Source: an uncultured bacterium
Lineage (GTDB): Bacteria; Patescibacteriota; Minisyncoccia; UBA6257; 2-01-FULL-56-20
Reading direction: 5' to 3'
Length of the DNA: 64,000 nt
NCBI GenBank assembly: GCA_963807165.1
Contig: CAWDZM010000001.1
Location: 641,471-705,470, forward strand
Positions 39,396-48,667 of this stretch are shown in pieces. How positions within the stretch are numbered: position 1 is the stretch's first letter; every line of letters starts with the position of its first letter. The translations under genes and the position numbers were made by a program. Below the pieces are notes generated by a model, which worked only from the letters and a program-made list of their open reading frames with translations, ran no database searches and was not told where the DNA came from.

Positions 39396-39671
39396 ATGAA
39401 TAAAAAAGGATTAGTGGAAGCGGTCATGAAGGCAACGGGCATTGAAACGAAGGCAGCAACGGAGCGTGCGGTAGATGCGGTATTTGATACGATCGTAAAG
39501 ACCATGGGCCGCGGCGAGGAAGTCGCGATCACGGGCTTTGGAACGTTCCGCGTTGCCAAGCGCGCTGCGCGTGAAGGCCGCAACCCCAAGACCGGCGAAA
39601 AGATCCAGATCAAGGCTTCGATCAAGCCGAAGTTCCGCGCCGGCAAGCTTCTCAAAGAAGCAGTGCTGTAA
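39396..39671 (+). CDS. hup: DNA-binding protein HU
   Basis: 91 aa with the GFGTFRV arm motif and an extended -10 (TGcTATACT) upstream. Confidence 0.9.
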   Translation: MNKKGLVEAVMKATGIETKAATERAVDAVFDTIVKTMGRGEEVAITGFGTFRVAKRAAREGRNPKTGEKIQIKASIKPKFRAGKLLKEAVL

Positions 39672-39798
39672 TTGCTGAAAAAGGATCCTTCTTCAGTATC
39701 TTAAGATGAAAAGCACCGCGTGAGGCGGTGTTTTTCATATCTAAAATATTTTTTGAAAATTTAAAGATAGTTAATGAGGGGTTGCTATAATTGCGAGC

Positions 39799-40212
39799 AT
39801 GCAAAACCCAAATAAAGAGGACCGTGCGTTATCCGAATTTATAGAAAGCCACGTATTTTTTATTAGGGGGATGAGGGTAGTGCTGAGTACGCATCTTGCT
39901 AACTTGTATGAAATTGAGCCTCGCGTCCTGATCCAGGCTGTAAAAAGAAACAAGGGTCGTTTCCCGCACTCTTCCTTATTTCAGCTTAATGCAATTGAAT
40001 TCAGCGCTTTAAAATCACAAATTGTGATTTTAAAACATAATAGAATTCGACGTTCTTTGCCATATGCCTTTACTGAGCAGGGTGTAGTGATCCTTGCGAG
40101 TGTTTTGCGAAGCAGTCGTGCAATCGCTATGAATGCCGCGATTATAAGGAATTTTGTCCGACCACATCGCCCCTATTTAAAGGCACGCATCATTGCTCCG
40201 GGGTTGTGGTAA
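39799..40212 (+). CDS. ORF6N-domain protein (phage antirepressor-type N-terminal domain)
   Basis: IRG.RV.L...LA.LY..E...L.QAVKRN..RFP ... LPYAFTEQGV..L.SVLRS.RAI..N pattern. Confidence 0.7.
   Translation: MQNPNKEDRALSEFIESHVFFIRGMRVVLSTHLANLYEIEPRVLIQAVKRNKGRFPHSSLFQLNAIEFSALKSQIVILKHNRIRRSLPYAFTEQGVVILASVLRSSRAIAMNAAIIRNFVRPHRPYLKARIIAPGLW
40008..40034. repeat. 27-bp perfect palindrome TTTAAAATCACAAaTTGTGATTTTAAA embedded in the ORF6N coding sequence
   Basis: A second copy is at 53095-53127 inside the ORF6N remnant. Confidence 0.5.
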
Positions 40213-40222
40213 AATAGAACCA

Positions 40223-40690
40223 ATGGCAAAGTTTGAGATCACATGGGAAGCGCCGGAGTTTGAGTATCGCGAGAAGGACGTCTCGTGGTATTGGATATCT
40301 ATCATCGTGGCTGCGGCCATCATCGCATTTTCGGCGTGGCAAAAGGATTTTCTCTTCGGCCTTTTTATCGTCATCGCGGAAATGCTTTTTATTGTGTGGG
40401 GTAATCGCGTGCCGCAGGTGGTTCCCTTCACGTTGACGGACGTGGACGTAAGCATTGGGGGGTATAAAACCTATCTTATGAAAGAGTTCGAGAGCTGGAG
40501 CGCCGACACTGATGGTGTGGAATGGGCCGATGTGATGCTCCACTTCCGCTCACGCCTGCATCCGCCGCTCGCGCTCATCGTTCCGGAAGAGAAAATGACC
40601 GACCTGCGCAATAATCTTAAACTCGTGCTGAAAGAGATTGAGCACCAGCCCACGCTTATCGATTCCATTGAAAAATTCCTCCGTTTCTAG
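40223..40690 (+). CDS. hypothetical membrane protein (2 TM)
   Basis: MAKFEITWEAPEFEY.. then two hydrophobic helices. The track ORF starts at 40193. Confidence 0.5.
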   Translation: MAKFEITWEAPEFEYREKDVSWYWISIIVAAAIIAFSAWQKDFLFGLFIVIAEMLFIVWGNRVPQVVPFTLTDVDVSIGGYKTYLMKEFESWSADTDGVEWADVMLHFRSRLHPPLALIVPEEKMTDLRNNLKLVLKEIEHQPTLIDSIEKFLRF

Positions 40691-40718
40691 TATCCTTCAT
40701 CTGTCATACATACGAAGA

Positions 40719-40790
40719 GCCCTCGTCGTTCAACGGATAGGACGCAAGCTTGCGGAGCCTGTAATCGTGGTTCGATTCCACGCGGGGGCA
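40719..40790 (+). tRNA. tRNA, probably Arg (anticodon GCG), with one A-C mismatch in the anticodon stem
   Basis: GCCCTCG acceptor (one G.U), D-arm GTTC-AACGGATA-GGAC, anticodon loop TTGCGGA, T-arm CGTGG-TTCGATT-CCACG, discriminator A. Confidence 0.55.
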
Positions 40791-40831
40791 CCTAGATAGA
40801 AATTCGCTACGCATATAGTATTATTAGAAAC

Positions 40832-41860
40832 ATGGCGAAGGAAGTTGGGAGGATGAATATGAAACGATGGTCTTGGGTTTTCGCGATCCTTGCGTGCGCG
40901 GGGAGTTTTTTGTTTGGGTGGTTTTTAAAACAAGTGACGACGGTCTTCACTGTGCCAAGCCCCATACGACTTACCGGATATCAATACATCAGTCCGCTCG
41001 TCAGTTGTAATTTGAGTAGTGTGGCAGCCTTTACGCAAGATCAACCAGTGGTCAACGCCATCCAATCGGCGATCGCGCAAGATAAAACCGCTGGCGATAT
41101 TACCGACGCATCCGTCTATTTTTCGGACTTCACAACAAATCAGTGGGCGAGCGTGAATGGCAGTGAAAAATATTATCCGGCGAGCTTGGGGAAGGTGCCA
41201 ATCATGATGGCGTATTATGCAATGGCGGAAAGCACGAGCAGTATTCTTGATGAGGAGAATAGCTATCCGACGAGCGCGCCGGATCTTAACCTTCAACAGG
41301 AGATCCCGCCGACGAGCGCCATCACTCCCGGACAGGAATATACGAACAAGCAACTTATCGAGTATATGATCAAATATTCCGACAATAATGCTGCGGATGT
41401 GCTGACCGCATATACCACTCCTGCCGAGTTACAGAATGTGTATAGCGTGTACTCGGACCTTAATATTCCGATAGACAACAATGTGACGGCGTCCACGAGC
41501 GACATCATGACGCCCCAGCAATATTCGATATTGTTCAAGGCGTTGTATAACGCTACCTATCTTTCCCGCGATGATTCAGAAAAGGCGCTCGCGCTCATGA
41601 CACAAACGACGTTCACGCAAGGACTTGTGGCGGGCGTGCCGAGCTCGACGGTTGTGTCGCACAAATATGGCTTGGCGTCATATCTTTCTGGCGGCGTGCC
41701 GACGCAGTGGGAGTTGCATGATTGTGGAATTGTGTACGCGCCGGGGAATCCCTATCTGCTTTGTGTGATGACGAAGGGGAATACGAGCATCGCCGCGCAG
41801 GAAAAAACGATCGCTGATATTTCGAGCGCGACGTATAATGCAGTAGAAGCGGGGAAGTAG
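40832..41860 (+). CDS. class A beta-lactamase-like serine hydrolase
   Basis: SxxK (ASLGK), SDN (YSDNNAADVL) and a KTG-like (HKYGL) motif. An N-terminal signal/TM is present. Confidence 0.7.
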   Translation: MAKEVGRMNMKRWSWVFAILACAGSFLFGWFLKQVTTVFTVPSPIRLTGYQYISPLVSCNLSSVAAFTQDQPVVNAIQSAIAQDKTAGDITDASVYFSDFTTNQWASVNGSEKYYPASLGKVPIMMAYYAMAESTSSILDEENSYPTSAPDLNLQQEIPPTSAITPGQEYTNKQLIEYMIKYSDNNAADVLTAYTTPAELQNVYSVYSDLNIPIDNNVTASTSDIMTPQQYSILFKALYNATYLSRDDSEKALALMTQTTFTQGLVAGVPSSTVVSHKYGLASYLSGGVPTQWELHDCGIVYAPGNPYLLCVMTKGNTSIAAQEKTIADISSATYNAVEAGK

Positions 41861-41909
41861 TCCATTAGGATTGATTTTTTTGCCAAGCTCTATATAATGA
41901 ATCCGTAAA

Positions 41910-41980
41910 GCGGGTATCGTATAACGGTATTACATCTGGTTGCCAATCAGACGACAGGGGTCCGACTCCCCTTACCCGCT
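41910..41980 (+). tRNA. tRNA-Gly (anticodon GCC) with short D-stem and TCCGACT T-loop
   Basis: GCGGGTA/TACCCGC acceptor, anticodon stem-loop TCTGG-TTGCCAA-TCAGA, T-arm AGGGG-TCCGACT-CCCCT. Confidence 0.65.
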
Positions 41981-42074
41981 CACTCACCAGCAGAACGAGC
42001 GCTGGATGATAATAAGCTTGACTCATTGATAAAAAGGGCATAAAAAGTGGGTAGGTCTTCTCACGGAGGAAAAT

Positions 42075-42791
42075 ATGAACAATGGAATCCCGGCGTCACT
42101 TTTGCCGATCATTGAAACATGGAAAGCTCCACAAGAGGGAATGTCGCATGTGGTCCGGTGGTTGAAGTATCACAACGATGAGCCTGGCGTTCGGCGGCAG
42201 GATTCGTCCCAGCATACTATTTCGATTGTCGTCCTTGCGATGATTGTGGTAGCTGTTTTGCGGAAATATATCCCGCTTGATGGGTGGCTTCTCACCGATG
42301 CATTCTCTCTGCACGATCTTGGTGAGGGAGAGTGCAAAAAGGATACTCACTATATCGACAAATCTGTTACCGGAGATCTTGAGGAATATTTAGCCTTCCG
42401 GCAGCGCTATGAATTTTTAGGCCCAGTCGTGTTCGAGTCTCTCCATCCTGCGTTTCTATTGCAGTTTGCAGCGAAGAACCCGAGTATTTTCCCTAAAGAT
42501 GCACAGCGCATTATGGCAGATCTTTGTCGGGATTATCCCATGGAGATACTCGTATTCGATGCTATTGAGCGATGGGATTATGTTCTCTATGCGCTCGAGC
42601 AATATCACGAGCGGGGGAATGAAAAGATTCTGACGCAGGTTCTCCGGCATCAGGTTCCACATCTTGATGTCCTGGCGGTAGAGCTTCCTGGTTTTGGGGT
42701 TGAAATCTGGAAGTCCGAGATTTCCCTATGGGCTCATGATTTTCTGAAAGCTCACGAGGGCCAATGGATCGAGCAGAAAAGCGCGGCATAA
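42075..42791 (+). CDS. HD-domain phosphohydrolase (YfbR-like 5'-deoxynucleotidase, putative)
   Basis: H...HD...D metal motif (SQHTISIV ... LHDLGEGE ... D). Located upstream of dcd/thyX-like. Confidence 0.6.
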   Translation: MNNGIPASLLPIIETWKAPQEGMSHVVRWLKYHNDEPGVRRQDSSQHTISIVVLAMIVVAVLRKYIPLDGWLLTDAFSLHDLGEGECKKDTHYIDKSVTGDLEEYLAFRQRYEFLGPVVFESLHPAFLLQFAAKNPSIFPKDAQRIMADLCRDYPMEILVFDAIERWDYVLYALEQYHERGNEKILTQVLRHQVPHLDVLAVELPGFGVEIWKSEISLWAHDFLKAHEGQWIEQKSAA

Positions 42792-42858
42792 TGATGCCCA
42801 GGGCTGCAGACACTTTCCGTGTTTGCAGCCTTTTTTTACTTAGAGTAAAATCTAGGGA

Positions 42859-43452
42859 ATGATTCTCTCCGACCGCGATATTAAAAAAGCGTTAAAATCT
42901 GGGCGCATTTCCGTCGCGCCGCTGTTCCCGCACGCGATACAACCGGCATCGATCGATCTTCATCTCGGCGCGGATTTTTTGGTGTTCCGCACCAACCAGG
43001 ATATTTGCATCGATCCCAAAGAGCCGATCGATCACATGATGGAGAAGGCAACGATCAACGATAAAAAACAATTCATCATTCATCCGGGTGAATTTGCGCT
43101 TGGCATGATCTACGAAGTGGTAGGCGTCGGCGATGATATGGTGGGACGGCTTGAGGGCAAGTCATCGCTTGGACGCATCGGTCTTATCATTCACGCGACG
43201 GCAGGATATCTCGATCCGGGAAATAAATTAAAGATGACGCTCGAGCTACACAACGTCTCACCGCTTCCGATCAAGCTATACTATAAAATGCCGATCGCGC
43301 AGATGTCGTTCACGCCACTCTCTTCTCCGGCAGATCATCCCTATGGCAAAAAAGCGCTAGGCAGTAAATATTACGGCGCGATGAAGCCGCAGGCATCGCA
43401 ATACTGGAAGAATTTTAAGAAGAATAATCAGTGGATGAAATTTGGAAAATAA
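42859..43452 (+). CDS. dcd: dCTP deaminase (dUTPase superfamily)
   Basis: MILSDRDI N-terminus and dUTPase-fold motifs. Confidence 0.9.
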   Translation: MILSDRDIKKALKSGRISVAPLFPHAIQPASIDLHLGADFLVFRTNQDICIDPKEPIDHMMEKATINDKKQFIIHPGEFALGMIYEVVGVGDDMVGRLEGKSSLGRIGLIIHATAGYLDPGNKLKMTLELHNVSPLPIKLYYKMPIAQMSFTPLSSPADHPYGKKALGSKYYGAMKPQASQYWKNFKKNNQWMKFGK

Positions 43453-45142
43453 TCTGCGCAATATGAACAACGAAGCATATCGTCCGGATTTTCCAGGTGA
43501 TACATGGACCGACGAAGAGCGATTTCTGCTTAGGCCTTTTGTAAGCAATCTTGATGGATTCATCTCGGTCTTACGCAATCTTCCGCCGGAGATCGTCGGC
43601 GCGCTGTGCTCACGCGCGAGCCGCGCAAGCGGATCACTCGTACGGATCTTGCACGACGAATACCTCAAGCCAATCATCGATAGCGATCCAAAGCTTGGCG
43701 AGGAATTAAAGCAGACGATCACATTCCTCGAAGAGCACGGGTTTAAGAATATCCTAAACAACCAACGCGCGCAGGCGTTCTATGTAAAGTGGCTTTCGCA
43801 GTACGGCGACGATTCGATTGCACAAATGACAGGCACCCACGTGGCGTTCTGGGGTATTTCGCAGGTGGCGATGAAGTATCTGGAGGATCAGCGCATCGGC
43901 CTGGAGCCGATCGAGAAGTCTACGCGCTACGTGAGCTTTGCCAAGAAGGTGGGCGGGAGTTATTTATATTACACACCAAAGCCGGATCTTGAGGCGCTTG
44001 GTTTATTGAACGAGTATCGCGTTGCGATGGACAATCTTTTTGAGACATACGCCACGCTCGTGGAGGAACTGAAGGTGTGGCTTAAGGCGAACTATGAGGA
44101 GAAGGATGGTGTGCTAGAGAAGAAAGCATTCGATACATTGCGTGGTATGTTGCCGATGGCAACGCTCGGTCAGGTCGGGTTTCGTGGCAATGCGCAGGCG
44201 CTCGAATACGCAGTGAATCGCATGGCCGCGCACGAGCTCGGCGAGTTCCGCTGGATCTCGGAAACGCTTCGGGGGGAGTTGGATAAAGAAATTCCATCAC
44301 TTCTGCTCCGGTTGCAGGATGAGAAATCTCACGAGTATCAACGCTATCTTGGCAATCGCCTGCAGGTTACGCGGGATTTTGTGAAGACGTCGCATCCGGA
44401 TATGGTACCTGCCGACGAGGCCGCGCCCGCAACAGGTCCAGCCGTGAAGCTTGTTGAGTATGATGCCGATGCGGAGACGAAAGTGCTCGCGGGAATATTG
44501 TATGCGGCAAGCCACACAGAATGGGAAGCGTGCATCGCAAAAGCAAAAAAACTTTCGCCTGATGAGAAAGAAAAGTTGCTTGGTGCGTATCTCTCGGGGC
44601 GCACCCAGCGTTGGCACAAAGTGGGCCGTGCCTTCGAGAACAGCTACGTGCGCTTCGATATCCTGATGGACATCGGCGCGTACCGCGATCTGCACCGCCA
44701 CCGGATGATGACGCAGGAGCGCCAGCTTTTTACCGTGCGCCATGGATATGATGTGCCGCAGGAACTTGTCTGGGCTGGGCTTGATAAGCGCTATAAAGAA
44801 ACACTGGAATCCATCGTCCCACTCTTCAAAAAGTTAGAAGCCCATTCTCCGGAACTCGCGCAATACGTGGTGCCGCTCGCGTATCGTGTGCGGTTTCAAC
44901 AATATCAGAATTTGCGCCAGTTCTTCTGGGAAGCGGAACTTCGCACCGGGCCGCAAGGACATCCGAACTACCGTTTTATCGAACAGGAAAAATTCCGGTT
45001 ATTAAAAGACAAGCTTCCGCTCATCAGTAAGGCGATGATTGTTGATATGAACGATTACAGTTTTGCTCGACGCGGCACTGAAGAAGCAATTCTCGCAAAA
45101 GAAGAAAAACTACGCAATCGCTTGCAGGGGAAGAGTGAATAG
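43442..45142 (+). CDS. thyX: ThyX-family (flavin-dependent thymidylate synthase)-like protein, unusually long (566 aa), signature divergent
   Basis: The C-terminal half has DIGAYRDLHRHRMMTQERQ (RHR motif). The N-terminal ~300 aa looks like a degenerate extra ThyX-like repeat. 11-nt overlap with dcd. Confidence 0.65.
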   Translation: MENNLRNMNNEAYRPDFPGDTWTDEERFLLRPFVSNLDGFISVLRNLPPEIVGALCSRASRASGSLVRILHDEYLKPIIDSDPKLGEELKQTITFLEEHGFKNILNNQRAQAFYVKWLSQYGDDSIAQMTGTHVAFWGISQVAMKYLEDQRIGLEPIEKSTRYVSFAKKVGGSYLYYTPKPDLEALGLLNEYRVAMDNLFETYATLVEELKVWLKANYEEKDGVLEKKAFDTLRGMLPMATLGQVGFRGNAQALEYAVNRMAAHELGEFRWISETLRGELDKEIPSLLLRLQDEKSHEYQRYLGNRLQVTRDFVKTSHPDMVPADEAAPATGPAVKLVEYDADAETKVLAGILYAASHTEWEACIAKAKKLSPDEKEKLLGAYLSGRTQRWHKVGRAFENSYVRFDILMDIGAYRDLHRHRMMTQERQLFTVRHGYDVPQELVWAGLDKRYKETLESIVPLFKKLEAHSPELAQYVVPLAYRVRFQQYQNLRQFFWEAELRTGPQGHPNYRFIEQEKFRLLKDKLPLISKAMIVDMNDYSFARRGTEEAILAKEEKLRNRLQGKSE

Positions 45143-45163
45143 AGAGTAAATTGTTATGGTGCG

Positions 45164-45844
45164 TTACAGCCCGAGCGTTTTTTGTGCGATCACCCAAACT
45201 TTTTCGTGCACTTCGTCGATGGAGAGCAATCTTCCGTCCTCCACGCATTCGACGACGGTAAAATCTTTAGGGAATAGTTCTGCGATCTCTAGATATATTT
45301 TTTCGGTTTTCTGGAGATGGGAGAGGTCGGCCTCGTGAATATCTTTTTTTAGCGGAGCAGTTTCTGTTGCCGCTCTTTTTTTTCTGAGCTCAAGCGATAT
45401 CTCCGCGGGCATATGTAAAATGATGTTCAAATCCGGCTTCGGGATTTTTAATGTTCCATATTCGAGATCATAAAGCCATTGGAAGAACGCAAGGCGCTCA
45501 TCTTTGTTCTCAATTTTTGATCCTTGGTGGCCCATGTTCGAGCCAACGAAACGATCGAGCACAATCATTTCCCCTGCGCGAAGCCACGGATTCAATCTCT
45601 TTGCACTCGCGTCATAGCGATCCATCGCATAAAAAAGAGAAGCCTCATGCGGGCCTATCGTGTCCAATGTCCCATAATCTCCCGCGAGATATTCGCGGAC
45701 GAAATAAGATGAAGGTTCTTCGTATTGAGGGAAGTGGGTGGTATGCAGTGCGACTCCCGGAGGGATTTTTGCAATAAGCCGTTTGAACTGTTCGCTCTTT
45801 CCCGATCCGTCCGGTCCTTCAATAACGATAAATTTTCCGTTCAT
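45164..45844 (-). CDS. tmk: thymidylate kinase
   Basis: FIVIEGPDGSGKS P-loop, DR(Y/F) and lid motifs. The track ORF extends to 45958, but the Met at 45844 puts the P-loop at residues 6-14 and is preceded by TATACT. Confidence 0.85.
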   Translation of the reverse strand: MNGKFIVIEGPDGSGKSEQFKRLIAKIPPGVALHTTHFPQYEEPSSYFVREYLAGDYGTLDTIGPHEASLFYAMDRYDASAKRLNPWLRAGEMIVLDRFVGSNMGHQGSKIENKDERLAFFQWLYDLEYGTLKIPKPDLNIILHMPAEISLELRKKRAATETAPLKKDIHEADLSHLQKTEKIYLEIAELFPKDFTVVECVEDGRLLSIDEVHEKVWVIAQKTLGL

Positions 45845-45974
45845 ATTCTCTATAGTATACTTGCTTTGCCCGTCAGACCCAAAAGCGCTATAATAGACGT
45901 ATATAAGATGCCCTATGTTGTGTGGGGCATTTTTGATAGAAAACCGTAACTTATCCACATATTTAACGTTCTAA

Positions 45975-46550
45975 ATGATAGACGGTGAGGAAGAACAACT
46001 CATTCGGTCAGCCGTCGGGGGCGATTCCTCGGCTTTTGGCTCTCTCTACGACCGTTATCAACCGGCAATTTACCGTTTTATTGTGGTCAAAGTTGGTAGC
46101 CGTGAGGAAGCCGAGGATATCACCCATCACGTGTTCCTATCTGCGTGGCAGAATGTAGGCAGCTACAAACACCGCGGACATCCGTTCTCGAGCTGGCTCT
46201 ACCAGATCGCGCGGAACATGGTGATCGACCACTATCGTGCCAAGAAGGACGATGTGAGTCTCGACAAGTTGGATCCGGAGTCTTCTATTATTCCCGCCGT
46301 CGCGCAGTCGGATCTTTCGGTCAAGATGCAGCTCGAGAAGGTGTCTATCGCCATCGCGGAGCTGAAGCCGGATTATCAAGACGTTATCATTCTACGATTC
46401 GTTGAAGATTTGCCGCTCAAGGAAGTGGCGGCGATCCTCAAAAAATCGGAAGGTGCCATAAAGCTTGCCCAGCATCGCGCCATCAAAGAATTAAAAAAGA
46501 AATTGGGTGATGGGGAGGGCGGCAATTATTACGAAGATGAAATTATCTGA
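45975..46550 (+). CDS. RNA polymerase sigma factor, ECF (sigma-70 regions 2 and 4)
   Basis: Region 2 HHVFLSAWQNVGSY..FSSWLYQIARNMVIDHYR. Region 4 LPLKEVAAILKKSEGAIKLAQHRAIKEL. Confidence 0.8.
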   Translation: MIDGEEEQLIRSAVGGDSSAFGSLYDRYQPAIYRFIVVKVGSREEAEDITHHVFLSAWQNVGSYKHRGHPFSSWLYQIARNMVIDHYRAKKDDVSLDKLDPESSIIPAVAQSDLSVKMQLEKVSIAIAELKPDYQDVIILRFVEDLPLKEVAAILKKSEGAIKLAQHRAIKELKKKLGDGEGGNYYEDEII

Positions 46551-47061
46551 AATCCTTAAACAATTTAAACAGATAGAACCCGGCGCGGAATATTCAGAAC
46601 ATTCCCGTACGGAGATTTTGCTTTCTCCGCAGGTAGCGCCGCGCACATGGCGTAGCGTGTTCACGGTGCTGCATATGATCGAGACGGGAGCTGCCGTGGC
46701 GATCGCCGGATTTTTCATATTTATATTAGCGGGAAGTTTTTCGCCGACGCGTTCGATTGCGCCGATCCAGTATGCGGTGATCGATCCTGCCGGCTTGCAT
46801 GCGGAGGCGCAGGCGATCGATATGCAGATCCAACTGGCTGACGTGGAATATCCGCAGGTGACTTCTACGCCTTCCTCTAGTATTTCCACAATAGCCACGA
46901 CTACTCCGGCGCTTCCGGCGAGCGCGTTTGCTCCTGCCGTTGCGCCGCAGTCCACGCCTTCATCCTCCGTTTCCGCAGCACCTGCGACGACGGCTTCGAC
47001 CTCGACTGCGTCTACCACTATTCTTTCCGTCGACCAGGTATTACAGCAACTTTCACAATGA
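46537..47061 (+). CDS. putative anti-sigma factor (single TM helix, Ser/Thr/Ala-rich extracytoplasmic tail)
   Basis: Overlaps the sigma stop. A TM helix AAVAIAGFFIFILAG is present. Typical sigma/anti-sigma arrangement. Confidence 0.45.
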   Translation: MKLSEILKQFKQIEPGAEYSEHSRTEILLSPQVAPRTWRSVFTVLHMIETGAAVAIAGFFIFILAGSFSPTRSIAPIQYAVIDPAGLHAEAQAIDMQIQLADVEYPQVTSTPSSSISTIATTTPALPASAFAPAVAPQSTPSSSVSAAPATTASTSTASTTILSVDQVLQQLSQ

Positions 47062-47846
47062 TGAATAAAAAAACCATGACGGCAAGCGCGGTGGCGATTA
47101 TTTGCGCCGCCGTTTTTGGCATCGTGGCGTTGCATGTGCCGAGCGCGCATGCGGCGACCGCAGTGAACGCCGACTGCGGCATCACCGCGGCGGACCTTGC
47201 TCAGATAACGGCGATACAGAACGATCCTTCACTGAGCCCTTCTGATGAAATAAAGCAGGAGCTTGCGGTGCGAAAGCAGTTGGTGGGCGTAACGATCGTC
47301 TGTGCGGAACAGGAGACACAATTGCTCCATACCAATTTGCAGAACGCGTCCGTAGAGAGCGACATGCAATCGTTGCAGTCACAGATGTTGGGCAATCTTA
47401 ACCAGTCAAGCGATTTTTATAATACGGAGCTGACGAAGCTCGGCGTGGTCGGCATTGCGGGTACTAAGGCGATCGCGCAGGAAGTTTTTGCATGGCGCGC
47501 GAACGTATTCGTTCCGCAAAGTGAGGGCGCCAACAATCTTATGCTTTGGAGCAAGAATCAAAGCCTCTTTACTACCGCACAGACGAGGATGACGCAGACA
47601 CAACAGGCGGTGTCATATCTTGAAGGCGTGACGCCGAACGCGAGTCTCCAGACCGCATTCGCCGCAGCGCAGGCATCATTTAGTGACGCGCAAACCGAGA
47701 ATGCGGCCGCCAAGACCGCACTCCTCACGAGCGTCGCCCCGGATCAAACGTACGCGCTCATTAAGAAATCCCTCGCATCACTTTCCGACACCTACGATAG
47801 TTTTTCGACCGTGAGCGCTATTATTAAAAAAAATCTCCCACAATAG
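47058..47846 (+). CDS. secreted hypothetical protein co-transcribed with the sigma/anti-sigma pair
   Basis: Signal peptide ..ALHVPSAHA and a Gln-rich helical body. 4-nt overlap with the upstream gene. Confidence 0.5.
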   Translation: MMNKKTMTASAVAIICAAVFGIVALHVPSAHAATAVNADCGITAADLAQITAIQNDPSLSPSDEIKQELAVRKQLVGVTIVCAEQETQLLHTNLQNASVESDMQSLQSQMLGNLNQSSDFYNTELTKLGVVGIAGTKAIAQEVFAWRANVFVPQSEGANNLMLWSKNQSLFTTAQTRMTQTQQAVSYLEGVTPNASLQTAFAAAQASFSDAQTENAAAKTALLTSVAPDQTYALIKKSLASLSDTYDSFSTVSAIIKKNLPQ

Positions 47847-47864
47847 CCTGTAGATAATATAAAT

Positions 47865-47934
47865 AAAAAAGAGGATGGCTATTGAGCGAGTGGACGTGCT
47901 TACGTCGGAGCGAGATAGCATCCTCTTTTTTATG
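47865..47934. terminator. long composite bidirectional terminator hairpin (AAAAAAGAGGATG ... CATCCTCTTTTTT)
   Basis: 13-bp outer stem with an inner GACGTgcttACGTC hairpin. It serves the convergent 47058..47846 (+) and comF (-). Confidence 0.55.
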
Positions 47935-48623
47935 CTTTTGCGACGGCGACGGCGATGATCTTTTTTGCTCCGCCGGATTTGAGGACGCGGGCGGCTTCGG
48001 TGAATGTGGTGCCGGAGGTGGTGACGTCATCGATGAGGAGGATTTTTTTGTCTCGCAATGCTTTTATCGCGCCGTCCGCGAGTGCAAAGCAGTCGCGGAC
48101 ATTTTCGCGGCGTTCGAAGATATCTTCGGTTTCACTTTGCGGCTTGCGGTGCTGGACGCGCGCGAGGAGGTGTTCCTCGCAGGGGATGCCGAGCGCGCGG
48201 GCAAACGGCCTGGCGATGAGCGCCGATTGGTTGAACCCGCGCGCGCGGGCGCGCTTTGTTGAGAGGGGAATGGGAACTGCGATAAAGTCATGCAAATCAA
48301 GACCGAGCCGCGCAACGTATCCGACGAGGATTTCCGCAAGTGGTTCTGCCGCGCCCGCGATCCCTTGGAATTTGAGCGCGTGAATAAGCGCGCGCAAGGG
48401 CTTCGTCGTCATAGCGCCCGGCGGCGCCGAGCAGGTACGGCGCATCTTTATGGCAGATTTTTTTCTGTTCCGGCAGGCGCGCGGCGCAGGTGCCGCAGAA
48501 GAGCGTGTCGAACCCATCGATGCTTTGCCGGCACGCAGCACAGATCGCCCCGTTTGGGATGGAATCGCCGCATCCCACGCACGCGGGCGGGAAAAAAATG
48601 TCTCCGAAGAAGTTGATATTCAT
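47930..48623 (-). pseudogene. comF: competence protein ComF (Zn-finger N-domain + phosphoribosyltransferase domain) with a 1-nt frameshift near 48395-48410
   Basis: The N-terminal ORF 48297..48623 has CVGCGD..CAAC..CGTC and ..LGAAGRYDDEA. The C-terminal ORF 47930..48541 continues ..LRALIHALKFQG ... ILLIDDVTTSGTT. Both parts are intact apart from the shift. Confidence 0.7.
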
Positions 48624-48667
48624 GCTATTATATAGTAAAGAACCTGCATTAAAAGACGATTAACTGG

